This document shows, piece after piece, positions 49,355 to 63,900 of a DNA stretch of 64,000 bases. The stretch's first letter is position 1, and each line of letters opens with the position of its first letter. The notes beneath the pieces are model-generated. The model was not told the DNA's origin. It did no database searches and saw nothing but the letters and a program-made list of their open reading frames with translations. The DNA is from Amphiscolops sp. MND2022. Taxonomy: Eukaryota. The translations under genes were made by a program, and so were the position numbers. The stretch covers positions 35,404,001 through 35,468,000 of the forward strand of contig OZ076409.1 in the NCBI GenBank assembly GCA_964187785.1, read 5' to 3'.

Positions 49355-51341
49355 AGGGGAGGTGGAAATTTCGTCGTAGGAAATTTCGTCGTAGGAAATT
49401 TCGTCGTATTAGCAAATCCAGAAATTTCGCCGTCAGAAAATTCGTCGCCAGAAATTTCGTCGTATTGATTAGAATAACAGCGTTCACCAAAAAATATTAT
49501 TTGAATTATTCAATTATCTAATTATTAAAATAAGATCTCAAGAACAAGTTTCATTTTGACACCAAAATTGAGTCAAAAAGTTAATTGCATTCAATCAACT
49601 GAGCAATGGTATATTTTCAGTCCTAGCAGTGTAACTACTTATCGGGCTTTACAATACAATTTAAGTTTGTTCCAGGGGGAATTTTTGCTTTTTTTGTCAG
49701 AAATTTATTTTAAAAACTTTGCTTCATTTTGGTAATTTTCAAGGTAATTTTGCCTCAAGGTAATTTTGCTTCAAGTGTCGAAACAACTTCGTGTTGGGGG
49801 GATAAGAAACAACGTGTATCTGGGGGGATAAGGTCCGAAACTGTTTCTCTCAAAACCATAACTAAAAGTAGTCAATGATAGTAATAATTGTACAATTATC
49901 GATAATTATTTAGACTCAATAATAAAACGATTCCTATTAGATTAAAGAAGATGCGACGTTTTATAGAACGTAATCACCGGCGACGAAAATTCTGACGACG
50001 AAATTCCGACGACGAAATTTCCGACGACGAAATTTCCGACGACGAAATTTCTTGCGACGAAATTGTTGACGACGAAATTTCCGGCGACGAAATTTCTGGT
50101 AATCGAAAGAAGGTTTTTGTAATGGATGTAATGCAAAAATAGAGGTGAGATTTTGATAAGAAACTCGTGAATGTAAAGACAAAATACTCGGGGTTGGTGA
50201 TGCCAAAATATTTTGTGAATCTGTTGAAGAGAACAAAAATAAAATATTCAGATTCAATGTTTTTATCAATTCAAAATTGAATTCAGTTTCACAGAGTAGC
50301 TTCAACAAAGTTTAGATAAACAAAAAGGCAAGTTTGATAGTGAAAGCAAAACCAGTTGAAATATTCCAATTAAGCAATTCATGATTCTAGCATCTAGCGA
50401 AGAAATTCTATGCTAGTAAAATTTTGTTTATTCCGCTCTACAAGTCTTGAAAGGATGAAGTTTTAGAGCAAAGATAACATTCAACACAGAGTTTGCTCTG
50501 CACTCGAATTGTAACACTGCCTTAAAAAAATTCAGCGGTTTCTTTTGCTGACAAAGCTCATCGGAGAAATATCCTGAAAGACTTAACTTCTACGACAATA
50601 TCTGGATGAAAACTGAAGCCCAATTTTTACTCGGCACATTTTGTAACACAGGTTCATCTAGCACTGCACTGAGTTCATATTTGTTTCCAAATTTGGAAGC
50701 TAGTTGCCATAAATACAAAAATACCTTTTATGTTCATGCTATGACTAAAATGGGCCATATATGATCATTTTATGAACTGAATGTTTTATGTATTATGTTG
50801 TTGATAACCAGATATTTGGTCATCAAAAATTGCGTCGTCGGAAATTTCGTCGTCGAAATTTAGATTCTAGAAAACTTTGTCGCATTTCAGCTCATTCATA
50901 GGAAATCTTAACTGAAAATATCGTAACTGAAGCGCTTTGTAATCACTGTTAATTGTATCAAAACTGTTTTGATTATCACTACTATTAGTTACGGTTTACA
51001 GAAAAAAGTTTCGGAAACAAAACTCCATTTATTCATTGAAAACTTCCCATTATCATAGTTACTTTAACGCATCGTTTCTATGCCTGTTCAAACCTGTTCT
51101 GTAAACTCGAAAAAAGATTTTGAATGAAAGTTCAGGCCTGAAAATATTCGGTTGCAAAATGGGCGAGTTGATTGAAAATAATAAACGTTTTGATTCAATG
51201 TTGGTGTCAAACTGAAGGTTGTTCTTAAGATCTCAGTGGAATAACTAAGAGTTCGAATAATTTGACTGGTATCTTTCCGTGAATGCTGTTACATTTAATC
51301 AATACTACGAAACTCTTGACGGCGACCATTCCGCCTCCCGT
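49355..51341. mobile_element. ~2-kb foldback-type element with long, decayed inverted arms
   Basis: Termini gggaggtggaa / ttccgcctccc; 49460-49620 inverts to ~51150-51310 and ~49835-49920 to ~50940-51015; aaatttcgtcgt minirepeats at 49366-49465, 49978-50100 and 50830-50860. Confidence 0.7.
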
Positions 51342-53128
51342 ACTTTTAACTTACATGTTTACCATAAACCACTATAGTAAAGCTGAGTTCATTTCTAAGG
51401 AACTTTTCGAAGTTACTGCTTTTGGCTGCTTAGGCTGAAGGTGGAACCGAAGACCAATCCATTCAGACTTCCGGTATCTGACACAGAAAAATTATTGATC
51501 TTTGTTGACGCAAACTTCCCAGATATTACAAAACTGTTCAACTACGCTTGACGTTAGCATTACCTTTTTTCACAACCATACCCATTTTCCAGACAATTTC
51601 GTGCTCGAAATCAAACCCTGACAAATCAGTAGTAGATTTCAACTATTGATGCAGTGGGATTGATTCAGTGGGATGATGTTGATTCGTTTCCGACAGTAAT
51701 TGCTTCATGGTTAAGATGCAGCAAATTTTTCATCAGCACCAGCGTTAAACTGCAAATTTTTCTATGTCAGAAAAGCATTTAGTCCATAAAAGGACGATTG
51801 TACCGTCATTGTATGAGTTGAATGATTTTTCTTTTGTATAGTCATTGAGCAACTGAACTGTTCTCAGACATCACCGTATATAACGTTTCATGACCTAGGT
51901 GTTTAACAATGGACAATACGATACACATTCCGTATCTATAAGTTTGATGGAATTGCGGAAAAGTCCACTTTTCACTAATTGCGCGCCTTGACTAGTTTAC
52001 ATTATTTTCCATTACGCTCGTTCACACAGATACATTTTCCCGGAGTAGACCGTCTTGACTGACTCAGGATGAATGACGATTTCACGCAGCGTGACTGAAG
52101 TCCATTTTAACGGGATGTGTATCGTAATGAATGTCAATCCGGCCGAAAATGTGCCCGATCAGCTGCTTTCAAAATTAGAACGGCGTCTTTGTGAAACCTG
52201 AAAAACGTCGCGGCGCAGAATTGCCGCCAAATTTAAGATGCAGTTATAGGCAGCTTGATAAAATAAAATCGAATCAGTGAAGATTTAATGCATGGACAAT
52301 TCTTTGGGGATTTAATAAAATCATGGAAAATTAGCTTTGTAACCTACAAAAACATGTAAAAAGTTCAAGCAGTTCCAACCAGGGAGTGCCATAGTGCCGC
52401 AAAATGTGAAAAGGGGGTCATTTGGGCTTTTTCAACATCCAATTTGTAGCAAAATATCAAAAAAACTGAAGAAGGACCCTTTGAAGACATTAAAATGTTT
52501 TCAACAAAAGTCGAAAAGGGGTCTCCTCCTTTAGTCTCTTCCGGTTTTGTATGTCACGTATGTCTTTCATTCTAGAAGCTCCGACTAGAATTATACTTAT
52601 AGTTTGTTACCGCGAATTGAGATGCTTCTCGGAAATTAGTGGGCTGAAAAAACTTTCAATTGGTTCAAAATGTGGAGGGTGCAGCTATAGCTAAGAGTTT
52701 GTTTTTTTCACTGGAAGTATTTTTTTTCAGTTTTGGTGAGAAACATACCCGGTTTGTATAGTTCTTGGTCAAGGTACACGCCATAACTGCTCAGTGAATA
52801 AAAGGAATTTGCATATAAAACCGTCAAAGAACATGTCATTGTTGTTTCGCCTTAAAACTGCGAATCGTAACTCCAAGGCGCTTTTGTTATCACCAAGAGA
52901 ATACATTTTAGTGAAAAAGTATGGAACAAAAAAAGAGAATATTCAAAATGAGCTAAACATAAATTTTTTGGAATTTCTGTTTATAATGCTGTTTGTTTCG
53001 ATTTTCACTTCTCTAATTTTTGATTCTGAGATTTTCTGAAATTGCATTTCTCGGAACTTTACACGACGAAATGCTTATACTTCAGTTTTTCCACTAAGAA
53101 GTTTTTCGTTCATCAAAATCACAAGTAA

Positions 53129-53698
53129 TTTTGACCTTTCGGTTTTTTTTGAAAGCAGTTCCAAAAAAAGTTAGAATTGAGGTTGAAAAACATTTTAATT
53201 CTTACAAATTATCCCAAGAATACTTTTCTAACCAGTAGTTTTTCAGATTTTGATAGATGAAGTTTACAAATTTCGAAATTCCTCAAACACCAATATGATC
53301 AAACTTTTGATCAATCAAACTCTGATTTGACTGGATAACCAAAAACTTCAGTGTGTCTGATCAAATAATGGGAGATGTTTGGTCGTGATTCTTTTTTGTC
53401 AAATGCATATGCAAAGAAACAGCTCACCTCCAAAGATTTGGCCAGTGCAGGACTATTAGCAACATACGAAATAGTAACTGAAGTTTTTAGTTATCCAGTC
53501 AAATCAAAGTGTTATTGATCAAAAGTTTGATCAGATTGGTGTTTGAGGAATTTCGGAATTTGTAAACTTCATCTATCAAAATCTGAAAAACTACTGGTTA
53601 GGAAAGTATTCTTGGGATAATTTGTAAGAATTAAAATGTTTTTCAACCTCAATTCTAACTTTTTTGGAACTGCTTTCAAAAAAACCGAAAGGTCAAAA
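53129..53698. repeat. Long inverted repeat, ~220-bp arms, ~125-bp spacer
   Basis: 53129-53352 is nearly the exact reverse complement of 53478-53698. Confidence 0.92.
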
Positions 53699-53778
53699 CG
53701 ATGTTGTTAAAAATGATGTACAATGGTAACAAAATATTTTGGTACCATGGTACATCATTTTTAACAACATCATTTTGA
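53693..53778. repeat. ~85-bp palindrome abutting the long inverted repeat
   Basis: gatgttgttaaaaatgatgtac..aaaatatttt..gtacatcatttttaacaacatc. Confidence 0.9.
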
Positions 53779-54163
53779 TATCTTGTAGATGTCACTAAAG
53801 TAGTGTTCTACTTTCTACATTTTGAAAAATTGAAAGCATTCTGGAAATGTCAAATTATCATCAATAGAGCTAGCATAGATGATAATGACATCAATAGTCT
53901 TGTTAACCTGGCTAATGTTTCATGATTTTATAGAACTCTCAAGCAAACTTCCAAGCAATAAAATTTCACTGATTCCAAATATTTTTGTCAAGCTGCATGT
54001 AAGATGAACCCTAGATTTGGCGGCAATTTAGAGCCGCGATGTTTTGAAGGTTTCATTGAGGAGCACTTCAAGTTTTAAAAGCAGTTGAGACCTCATCAGT
54101 TTCACTGCGATTTCAAAGCAAATGAATTTCAGTCGCATTATAAGTTTCAAAGTAGCTTCAAAG

Positions 54164-54956
54164 TAGGGGTGAGCAGTTAACCGAAAAATAACCGAAACCG
54201 CGGTTTTTTCTGGAAACCGAAACCGAACCGACTTTTGAACAAAAACCGAAAACAATCGGTTCGGTTTTTCGCCGTTATTCGGCCATTGGCTCACAATGAA
54301 TTTAATGCGTACACAAGCATTTCTAAGAAATGCCGGTCTGTGGTGCATATAGGACAGTACACGACGCGCCTGCAGTGAGCCATTGAACGTACTTACCTAC
54401 ATTTCTAAGAAATACAACCGCGGTGACCTCTGTGCAAATTAACCGCTAAAGTATCCCAGTTGCTCATATTCAACGATTTATTTACAGAAGTCGAGGAAAC
54501 AAGAGAAAATCTAGTATGCGTTGAATTGGAAAAATTTGTCAAGGAGAAAAACATTCCCCGAAATGATGATCCCTTGCAATGGTGGCGAAACAATGGAGTC
54601 CGTTACCCACACTTAGCAAAACTTTCAAGAGTTGTTTTGGGACAACCCGGAACAGCTACAAGCAGCGAGCGTGTTTGGAGTACGGCTGGCAATACGGTTT
54701 CCGCGCGAAGACAAAGTTTGTCACCAGACAGCATCCGAGATGTTGTTTTCTTACACGAAAACCAAGATTTATGTCAAAAAAACGTTAAATTCATTTTGTT
54801 GATGTATAACGTTTATCAAAATTGAAATGTTTTCTGGATGTTGCTTGTTTTCATCACTTGAGTGCAAAAACCGAACCGAAACCGAAACCGCGGTTTTTTC
54901 CCAAAACCGAATCGAAACCGAACCGAAATCAAAAATGTGCGAACCGCTCAGCCCTA
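54164..54956 (+). mobile_element. hAT deletion derivative retaining the C-terminal dimerisation domain
   Basis: TIR taggg(g/c)tgagc; perfect TSD cttcaaag (54156-63, 54957-64); aaaccg subterminal repeats. ORF 54460-54825: DPLQWW...YPHLAKLSRVVLGQPGTATSSERVWSTAG. Confidence 0.95.
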
Positions 54957-55138
54957 CTTCAAAGTTCAGAGTGCTATTTGACTAACAGTGAATACACTAA
55001 CGGTACTTAATCCAGAAGTTTAAGCTTGAAAACAAAGTGATCGCGACGATGAAGAAGTTGAAACGTTTTCAATTTAATTTGAAATAGTGGAATCTGCATT
55101 GCATGCTGAGTTGTCATGTTTTAAAAACAAAGTTAGTC

Positions 55139-55603
55139 TGCATTTTTGGCATAGCGACAACTCATATCAAGCGACAACTCATATCAGGTGACAACTCAAA
55201 TCAAGCGATAATTCATATCAATTAAGAGAAAGCGACAACTCATATCAAGTTTGCCAATAGGTTACAAATACCTAATTTTTACTTCAAGAACAAATTATTA
55301 GTAAACATACTTAACTGCAATTAGAAATTTCAAAGTTACACTGATATTTACCATGAACTCTTCTTACTATTTCATAATTTCTAAAAATTACTTATCAATT
55401 ATCTGATTTTCTGTCATAGTCTAATGGATTATTTGGAAGAAATTTTCTTATGTCGATTCTAATGTTCTGATATGAGTTTTGATTGTTATAGGTTGTCGCT
55501 TGATATGAGTTGTTGCTTTTTCAAATTGATATGAGTTGTCGCCTGATATGAGTTGTCGCTTGATATTCGTTGTCGCTTGATATGAGTTGTCGCCAAACGT
55601 GCA
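55139..55603. mobile_element. MITE-like element with inverted 17-bp subterminal repeats
   Basis: gcgacaactcatatcaa repeats at the left end and ttgatatgagttgtcgc at the right end. Confidence 0.75.
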
Positions 55604-57716
55604 TTTTTCTATGCAGCATTTTAACAGTTCAAGCAATCTCTACTAAGGAATGCTAGTCGAAAAAGGAAATGTTTGATGACAGTGAAATTACGTCTCATTC
55701 TTTTCATTGATTTCCTTCTGCTGGAAGTTCTGAAACTGTTGTTGCAACTGTTTAAGTTTGGAGTCTTTGCACTACAACCTATATCTAGATAAATTCGAAA
55801 TGTCCGACAAATAAAATGCAATCTGATGCACTACTGTCATGTGCCAACGTTCCGCACCAGTAGCTATCATTTCACGCTTCATGCCGAGGAAGATGAGAAA
55901 AAAACGTGTCGGAAATGGATCTAACAGAGACTCCCTTTGAAGTGCTCAAGATGTACATGTCATTTTGTCAGCACCAGCAATTGATGCAATTCAAGGCGTC
56001 AAACTTGGAATAGAAGGCTCGCTAATTCAAGCAGGCAAAATCATCGTGGAGGCTAAGAACCTATGAAGACAAACTTATGAAGCAAAAACAGGAACGCCAT
56101 GATTTCCATTTTCATTTTTACACTCGTTGAAACTCTTCGAAAGCTTGAAGTTTTTCTATGGGCTACCAAGGGCTTCTCCTTAAAAAGTAATAATTATATA
56201 AAGAACTGTCCCGTCGAATTTTTGACAGTTGTGTGCGTACCGTACTCCTCCAAGTTTGCTCCAGAAATTCCGTAGTATGAGACTGGATTTGTGGTTAGCA
56301 TTAAGGAAATTACTAAGTGACACAGAACAAACTTGAAATCGAGCAAAATTGGAGTTTAAAAACTTGGTTGGGCGTTGGGTTCGAAGTTTCAGTGACATCG
56401 TAGTAGGAACTTTATACAAGTACAGAAGGTTTCCTGTTGTTGGACAGTTGCGTTCGTATTTATCCAGGTTTGTTCAACAAACTTCGTAGAATGAGACTGG
56501 ATTTGTGATCAGCATTAATGAAGTTTACAAAGTACATTAAACAAGTATATCATCGAGCAAAATTGGAGTTGGTCATATTAGATTGCACTTGATTTTTTTA
56601 CGTTCCTTCCACGCATTTCAAATTTGAGAAACGCAAAATAATACTAACTCATTCATTTTGTTCTATTTTGACATAATCGAATTTCGTACTCAAATTTTAG
56701 AAGTGCTTCCACAGAATTCAACTACCATAGAATTAGCTTCGAAATCTTTCTTTCGAAGAGCGCCTCCCGGAAAAGTGCCACAAAATTACAACAAAATACC
56801 CAAAAGTTTCCATCCTTTGGTGATGTTGGCAATTTTCGTACTGTTTTGTGAATCTTTGGAGTTCAAATGCAAAGCATTGACATAATTCTTGACATTTTTG
56901 AGAAAAATCTCATATATTCAATCAATAATTTTTTTGTTTTTGTCCGTTATACGCAACGTACCGTTTGGATATTTTTTGTGGGTAGGGATGTCTACTGAAC
57001 ACAACAACGAAACATGCGTTATGTACAATGATGGCTAGGTTGACATGGTGCTCGTTCAATCTGACGTTCGTTTGGCTGATGATCTTGAATTGCATAATCG
57101 TTCACATTTCTGTTTTTTTCTCTAAATGTTTGTATTCATTGTTTAGTGGAACGATGTCATTCGCCGATTGTTTGATTTCAGTTTCACAGAACAGAAATTT
57201 TTGTGGGCTTGATACTGCTGATCGGTTTAATGCTTTGAATTCAGGGAATATTTTATCTTTTTCCAGAGATAAGGATTTCGACGAAAAACTTCACTCTAAG
57301 AAGTGAACCTTTTTTCCGGCAATTTCTCGCAGAGCTCTTGTGTTCAGAAAGTCCTGAACTTGTGTGCGTTTTGAATTATCTGACCTCTGCTCATTTTTTC
57401 TCACTTTATGTACTGGAAATTTAATTTTCTCTCAATTGCAATAGCTGTTTCCATGTCTCTTCCGAAATTCGTTGTGTGGACTCAATTCCAAGAAACCACC
57501 TTACAGGATATCGGAACTACGAGTGTTGCTTTTTGTTCGACTCTTTCAAGTTTTTTGTTTGTCTTCTGGCTTGTTTTCGAGATTGGAGTTTTAAAACCTG
57601 GATTGCTCACAGCGCCTTTCTGTATCTGTAGGTCTAATGCTAACTAATCATATGAAGAAATGAGTATCCACATAGTTCAAGGGCAAAACAGTTAGCTATT
57701 TAACATACTTTTTCTA

Positions 57717-57948
57717 TGTTTCGAAAAAGATTTCCTTTTAGGCTAGTAGCTCTAATTAAACTTCAGCGGTAACATTAACTTTTTCCAACGATAAAGCAAA
57801 GGTAAACGAATGAAATATCTCGTCAATGAACGAACAATCTCTAACGAGCAAACGTTTTAAAGTCAGAAAGTTTTCAGTCCGATATCTTCATTCAGGAAAT
57901 GAGTCTTTTAGTTTTCTCAGTTTTCAAACTTGATCACGATTTCCAACA
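57717..57948 (-). mobile_element. Candidate 3' LTR of the BEL/Pao element
   Basis: Minus-strand PPT ggcgggagga (57958-57949) directly before TGTTGGAAA. A matching AACA end at 57717 is the best candidate; the 5' LTR is outside the window. Confidence 0.6.
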
Positions 57949-60900
57949 TCCTCCCGCCAGCGCAAAAGAAGGGGCTCTATGTATGGAATGACGAAAGATG
58001 CGGGTGATTGCAGATAAACTCGTTGTTGGAATGTGATCAGTGGTGTTTACCGTACCGAATTGATTTCAACTTTGAGTTTAGATTTTTTTCCCTTTTTTCC
58101 ACTTTTAAATATTCAAATAAATTCTAAAGGTGAAATCAATTGTAAAGGCCTCCGGAACAATTTTCCTGAGGACATAACTTCGACTGCTCTGACATGCCCG
58201 TCTCAGGCGTGTAAAAGTTTTGATATTCTGCCAATGCGCCAACAGTGACGAGGACGCTTCTCATTGAGTAGAACAATGTCGTTTTCCTTTGGCAAAAGTT
58301 TAGAAGAGTTGCTCGGTGTGTTGAAGTACTGTCGTAGCTCGATTAAATATTCTTTTGACCATACGCCCCAAAACTGATCCACGAGTGTTTTTAAAAACTG
58401 TTGCCGTTTCTGAACTGACTGTCTGCTGTTTTCTGGGAAACTGACTGCACTCCCCAAAAGGCTTCTTCCATGAAGTAGATGCGAATGAGTCAGTGGAAGA
58501 CACTCGGAGGGGTGATCCATGTAGAAGTAGCTCAACGGGCGACTGTTCACAACTGCTTCGACCTCGGTGACTGCTGTGACCAATTCGTCGTAACCAATGT
58601 TATTACGACCCAACACTTTTCGGAGTGGCTCCTTGACTGACCTCACCAATCTTTCCCAGAAACCTCCCCACCAAGGTGCAAGCTCCACAGTGAATTTCCA
58701 TTCCACACCAGGATGAGAAACATTCTGGCAAAGAAAGGACACAAAGCTTCTAACTTCTTCACTTGCACCTCTGAAGGTTTTGCCGTTGTCCGAATAGACT
58801 GTAGTAGGTGTTCCACGTCTCGCTACAAACCTTTTAAATGCCCTCAAAAACGATGTAACTGTGAGACTCTGTGTGACCTCTAAGTGTACCGCCCTCGATG
58901 ATGCACAAGTGAAAAGGCAAATATATGCCTTGTTGCTCCCAACGTCCGGATCGAAATACCTAAGGTATAGAGGTCCTGCAAAATCTATCCCGACATGAGT
59001 GAACGCTGGCGCAACCGACAACCTTTCTACAGGCCAATTCGCCTCCTCTGGAACCCTATAGCTTTTCTGGGAATAACGTTTGCAAAAAGTGCATTTGCTA
59101 ATCACACGCCGAACCTGCTGCCTTGCCTTGACTACCCAGAACCTATCCCTCAGTACACTCACTGTGCAACGCTCCGACCCGTGGTTTATCTTATCGTGGT
59201 AATGCATGATGATTAGATCTGTGATGTAATCCCCTGCTGGTAGAAAAATTGGATTCCTGGCATCGTAGGAAAGAAATTCTGCTTCCTCCAATCTCGTTTG
59301 ACATCTGATCAGCCCCTCCGTTGATAGAAAGAGGCGCAGCTCTCTGACCCTCGATGGCACTACACCAGCTTTGATTGTTAGAAACTTCACTTCCTCCCAG
59401 AAAGCTGCCCTTTGAACCGCAGCACGAACTCTTCTCTCTGCCTCGTGCTGTCTGCTCATGAACCTCATCTTCTTCAAACGTTCCAAAACACCTAAAAGAA
59501 CCTCAACTACCTGAACCAACCTTTTGAACTTGCTGTAACGTTTGTAGTCTACTACATTCAATAGACTGTAATCTTGAATGTCGTCCAAGACAACCATTGA
59601 TGCCACTTGTTGTTGTTGTTCCTCGGCCTCCTCCAAAGGCCATCGACCGTCCTTGTCAAGCAAAAACCCTGGCCCCTGCCACCAGAGCTTGCTCTCCTGC
59701 AACTCGCCAACCCTCAAGCCACGTGACGGAATGTCTGCCGGATTGTCCCCCGAAGCGACATAATGCCAAGAATCCACCTGTGTCAAGTTCCTGATTTCGA
59801 TCAACCTACAATGAACAAACTGTCCGCGGTTCGCTGCTAAAGATCTGATCCAAGACAATACGATGACTGAATCCGACCAGAAGTGAGTCCCTGAAACCAC
59901 TTCTCCCAAAGCGTCCAACACGTTTTTGTTAAGCCTGGCGGCTAACATCGCGGCAATCAATTCCATTCTAGGAATTGTGTCCGTTTTCAACCTGCATATC
60001 TTCCTTTTTGATGAAATCAGAAACGTTGTGACTTTTCCGTTCACGACCGACCTACCGTAACAAGCAACTGCACAGACCCGCTTGGAAGCATCTGAAAAAG
60101 TATGGAGTTCAAATGAATACCTACCTTTAGCCTCCAAATACTGTATCGGAATAGATAGTTTCGCTGATTTCCATTCAGAAAAAATCTGCTGGAACACCTC
60201 GCTGCTCTCAGCTGGTAGTATGTCATCCCAACCTAACGACTGTTTCCAGAGATCCTGTATTGCCAACCTGAGCTCCACCACCACTGCTGAAACTAAACCC
60301 AACGGATCATAGACACTAGAAACCAATCCAAGAACAACCCGTTTTGTGAGTTTGTTGTGCTCAGGCACTTTCTCCACGAAGGTGGAAAACTCAAAGACCA
60401 GTTCATCCTCCTGCACCCGATATGAAAGCCCCAACACTTTCACAAGACCTCGTTCTTCGAATGTGCTCCCCGCTAATCCCTTCTCCTCCAAGTAAGTGTG
60501 AACTTTGGAATCATTCGTCACCCACTTCCTAAGTCTCATACCAGCTCGCCCAATGATTTGATTCGAAACTGAAATTAAAGATTCAGCCTCGTTTGCATCG
60601 GGAAGACTCAACGTCAAATCATCGCCGTAAAAACTGTCGATTAGAGCCTTCAACAAAACCCTCTGTTCAACGTCGGCTGCCTGCTCGAGCCACCTCTTCA
60701 AGTGTAGCCTAATTGTTGCGTTCACCAAAAAAGGACTGCAAACAAACTCGAAGACCACCTTCAAATACCTGAAAACTTTGACTGTCCTGCTACCCCTAAT
60801 GCGACCTTATACAAAAGAATCCTCAAAGCGTCGATGTCATCTGGATGGACACAGACCTGAAGAAAAGCTTTCTCAATATCTGCCAAAAGTGTCACCTGGA

Positions 60901-63900
60901 ACAACCTAAACCGCAACAAAATAGCCAACAACGAAACCAACAATTTGGCCCCTTTGAAAGACAATCATTGATTGAAAAATCAAATCTAGAAGACCTTGCG
61001 GCCCCATCTAGAACCACTCGAAGCTTCGTGGTGGCTTTATCTTCTCGAAGAATTGCATGATGTGGTGTGTAGTGACACCTCTTGTTAGTCTCAATCTCCT
61101 CCTCTGGCACCTCCTCCAGAATGCCAGTCCTCACCTGCTCCTGCAAAACCTCATCGTACTCTTTCAGACGATTTTTGGCACTGACACTCTTCGTAGTAGT
61201 CTCCAACCTGTTCATTGCCAACCTTCTGTGATCTCTTAAGAACTCCTCGGTTCCATTCCACGGAAGCTTTGCTAAGTAACTTTCGCCGTTGTATTCAATT
61301 GTGTTGTGGTAATCCGCCAACACAGTGCTTTCCTCCTCTCTTATGCCCATGCTTTCCAGCTGCCAGAAAGACCCAATCTTTTCTTAAAGAGCATCCGTAA
61401 CCCGCACGGAGCTCAAGAATGTGCCCATCGCACTTTCCTTACCTTCAAGACCACACTGGAAAGGCCCAGACAAAACCCAACCGAATTTGCTGCTTACCGC
61501 ACTAACCTTGTCACCGTAGCAACCAACAATGACCTCCGATGTAACAAACTTGTAATAAAGATCTGAACCGATCAGAATGTTGACTGACAACGCCCCCGCG
61601 ACGTCATCCTGAAAGTCTTCTGCTAGGTGCAAGTTGCTCAAATACCCATACTGTCCCTTAACCGCGTGAACATTGCTAGGACTCAATAATGGCGAACAGA
61701 TGGTTTTCATCCCCCCCAGATGAACAATCGTTTGTCCAAACAACGTCTGGATGCAAGCTTCGTACACATTCTGTTCAACCTGCTGTACGTCCAAAAAACC
61801 AAAAGCATTCACCCCGAACGCCTTCCGCCCAACAACCCTCAGTCCGCAGCTGTCTGCAAACGCCTCCGTAATGTAAGATTGTTGCGAACACTTATCAAGA
61901 AGTATTCGCCCTCTGAAGCCTCCGTCTGCACCGTTGGAAACCATTGTCACAGCTGTTTCGAGTAAAACCAAACTACCCGAAGAGCTGCACAGCGATGACG
62001 ACGTACCTTGCGTCTTGTCCAAGGAAACCTTTTCCGTTCGAAATTGGTTCTCGGCCCCCGCCGGACCGGAGTTCGTCTGCCAATTTCGACACCAGTTTGG
62101 ATCTGCCTTTACCGCGTGTGTTTGGTTCTCGTCCCCCGCCAGACGAGAACTTCTTTGCCAATTTTGGCTGACCGAATTGTTCCCTGTAGCTCTTGTGTTC
62201 GATGGACGTTGAAAACATATTGCCTGATGATGGTTTCGTCCGCATCGGAAACAACCCTTGACCGCCTTACAAGTCCTTGATTGATGCTCAGCTGACAAAC
62301 ACCTAAAGCAGCACCCATTCTGCATCAGAACGGTTTTTCGATCATTAGGTGACTGCACCACCGAACATTTGTGACTGCTGTGGTTTCCTGAGCAGAAGAC
62401 ACCATCCTTCTCCTGCACTTTATTGACGAACGACGCAGTTGTGAATTGGTTGCAACTGTACTTGTCCGTCTGACCAGAAGGTTTGTCCTTAGTTGTTGAG
62501 AAAGCACACTTTTCTCTAGCTTCAACCTCTTTAGTGAGAAGCTCCAGCAGTTCCCTCAAATCCCAGATTTCTGAAGAAATGAATCGAGTCACTTGTAATT
62601 TGATATCTTCCGGAAGTTTCTCCAGCAAATTTGAGATGAGAAGGAAACCGAATGTACTTTGGTCAACTGATAAAGACTGCAAACCTCGGATGATGACCTC
62701 AACCTGTCCTAAAAAACCCCTTAACCTCGCCACGTCTCTGCCCTCTGCCACACCGGAAATCTTAACGAGCTTATTCATGAAATTTGCTATCAACATCTGT
62801 TTGTCCCCGAATTGTTTTTCCAAAAGCATCCACGCACTGTCGTAGTTTGCACTTATGATGGGCAAACCAGCAATGGTTTCCGCTGCCTTACCTGTCAAGC
62901 TTGCCTTCAAGTAGGTAAACTTGTCAATTTTAGACAGTGCTGAATTTTGGTGAACTGCATTTCCAAAAAATTGCGGAAACTCATCCACTCAGTGACTGTT
63001 CCGTCGAATTTTGGCAGTTCAACTTTTAGAAGTTTTACAATGACGCGCTTTGAGAACTTTTTCAAGCTCTTTTTCATCTGTTTCATTTCTTTTTGTTGCT
63101 CTCTGTCCTCTTTGTCTTCTTCATCTCCTTCTTCTTCTTCTTCTTCTTCTTCTTCGTCTTCTTCTTCTTCGTATTCTTCTTCTTCGTCTTCTTCTTCTTC
63201 GTCTTCTTCTTCGTCTTCTTCTTCTGCTTGGATACCATCATCTTCTTCGTTTTCATCTCTTCTTTTTCTGAATTTTTTATTTCGTTTTTTGTCTTCTTTG
63301 TCGCTTGAAAACATCACGGCGGTTTTGCCGCGTTTTGTTTTGCCACTTTTGTTTTGCGTTGTGTCAGTAACGGCAATTTTCTTCGAGTGCCCTCGAACTG
63401 CGTTGATCCCGACATGTCCAGCTCTCCAATCGCCAACAACTCCTACATCTCCAACTCTCCGACCGCCAATAACTCCTACATCTCAACTCTCCGACCGCCA
63501 ACAACTCCTACTTCCCCAACTCTCCGACCGCCAACAACTCCCACATCGCCATCTCTTTGACCGCCAACTTCTGCTCCAGCTCGCCGACCGCTGCCAACAT
63601 CTCCTTCATCGTGTTCAAAATGATAACTTTTACGTTGAGTTTTTTTCCGAATTCATTGATGGTCCTCTATTCTTCTCTCCGCCTGTTGATGGTTTTGATG
63701 AACTCCAAACTGAATTCCCGCCGAAATCAGCGCCCCGGTTGAAACTTTCATTCAGCAAAACTGTGCTTTTCCAAATTTGTGACTGCGCTCCAGTTTGAAG
63801 CTCCAATGTATTCAAAGTTGACGTTCCCAAGGAATCGAAATGTCCGAATACGGATGCCATGACATCTCCCCCCTCGACCGACCGCAAGTCCGGACTGGTA

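Noticed and set aside
56180..57650. Possible minus-strand coding remnants and a ~210-bp diverged duplication
   Set aside because: Frames contain many stops and no recognisable motif; cannot be assigned.
60560..60700. FYGDD as a novel RT active-site variant
   Set aside because: The element has several frameshifts and a stop in RT, so decay from YVDD is the simpler reading.
62947..63798. 283-aa + strand Ser-rich ORF and overlapping poly-L/poly-F ORFs
   Set aside because: Antisense shadows of the GAA microsatellite in the BEL/Pao gag region.
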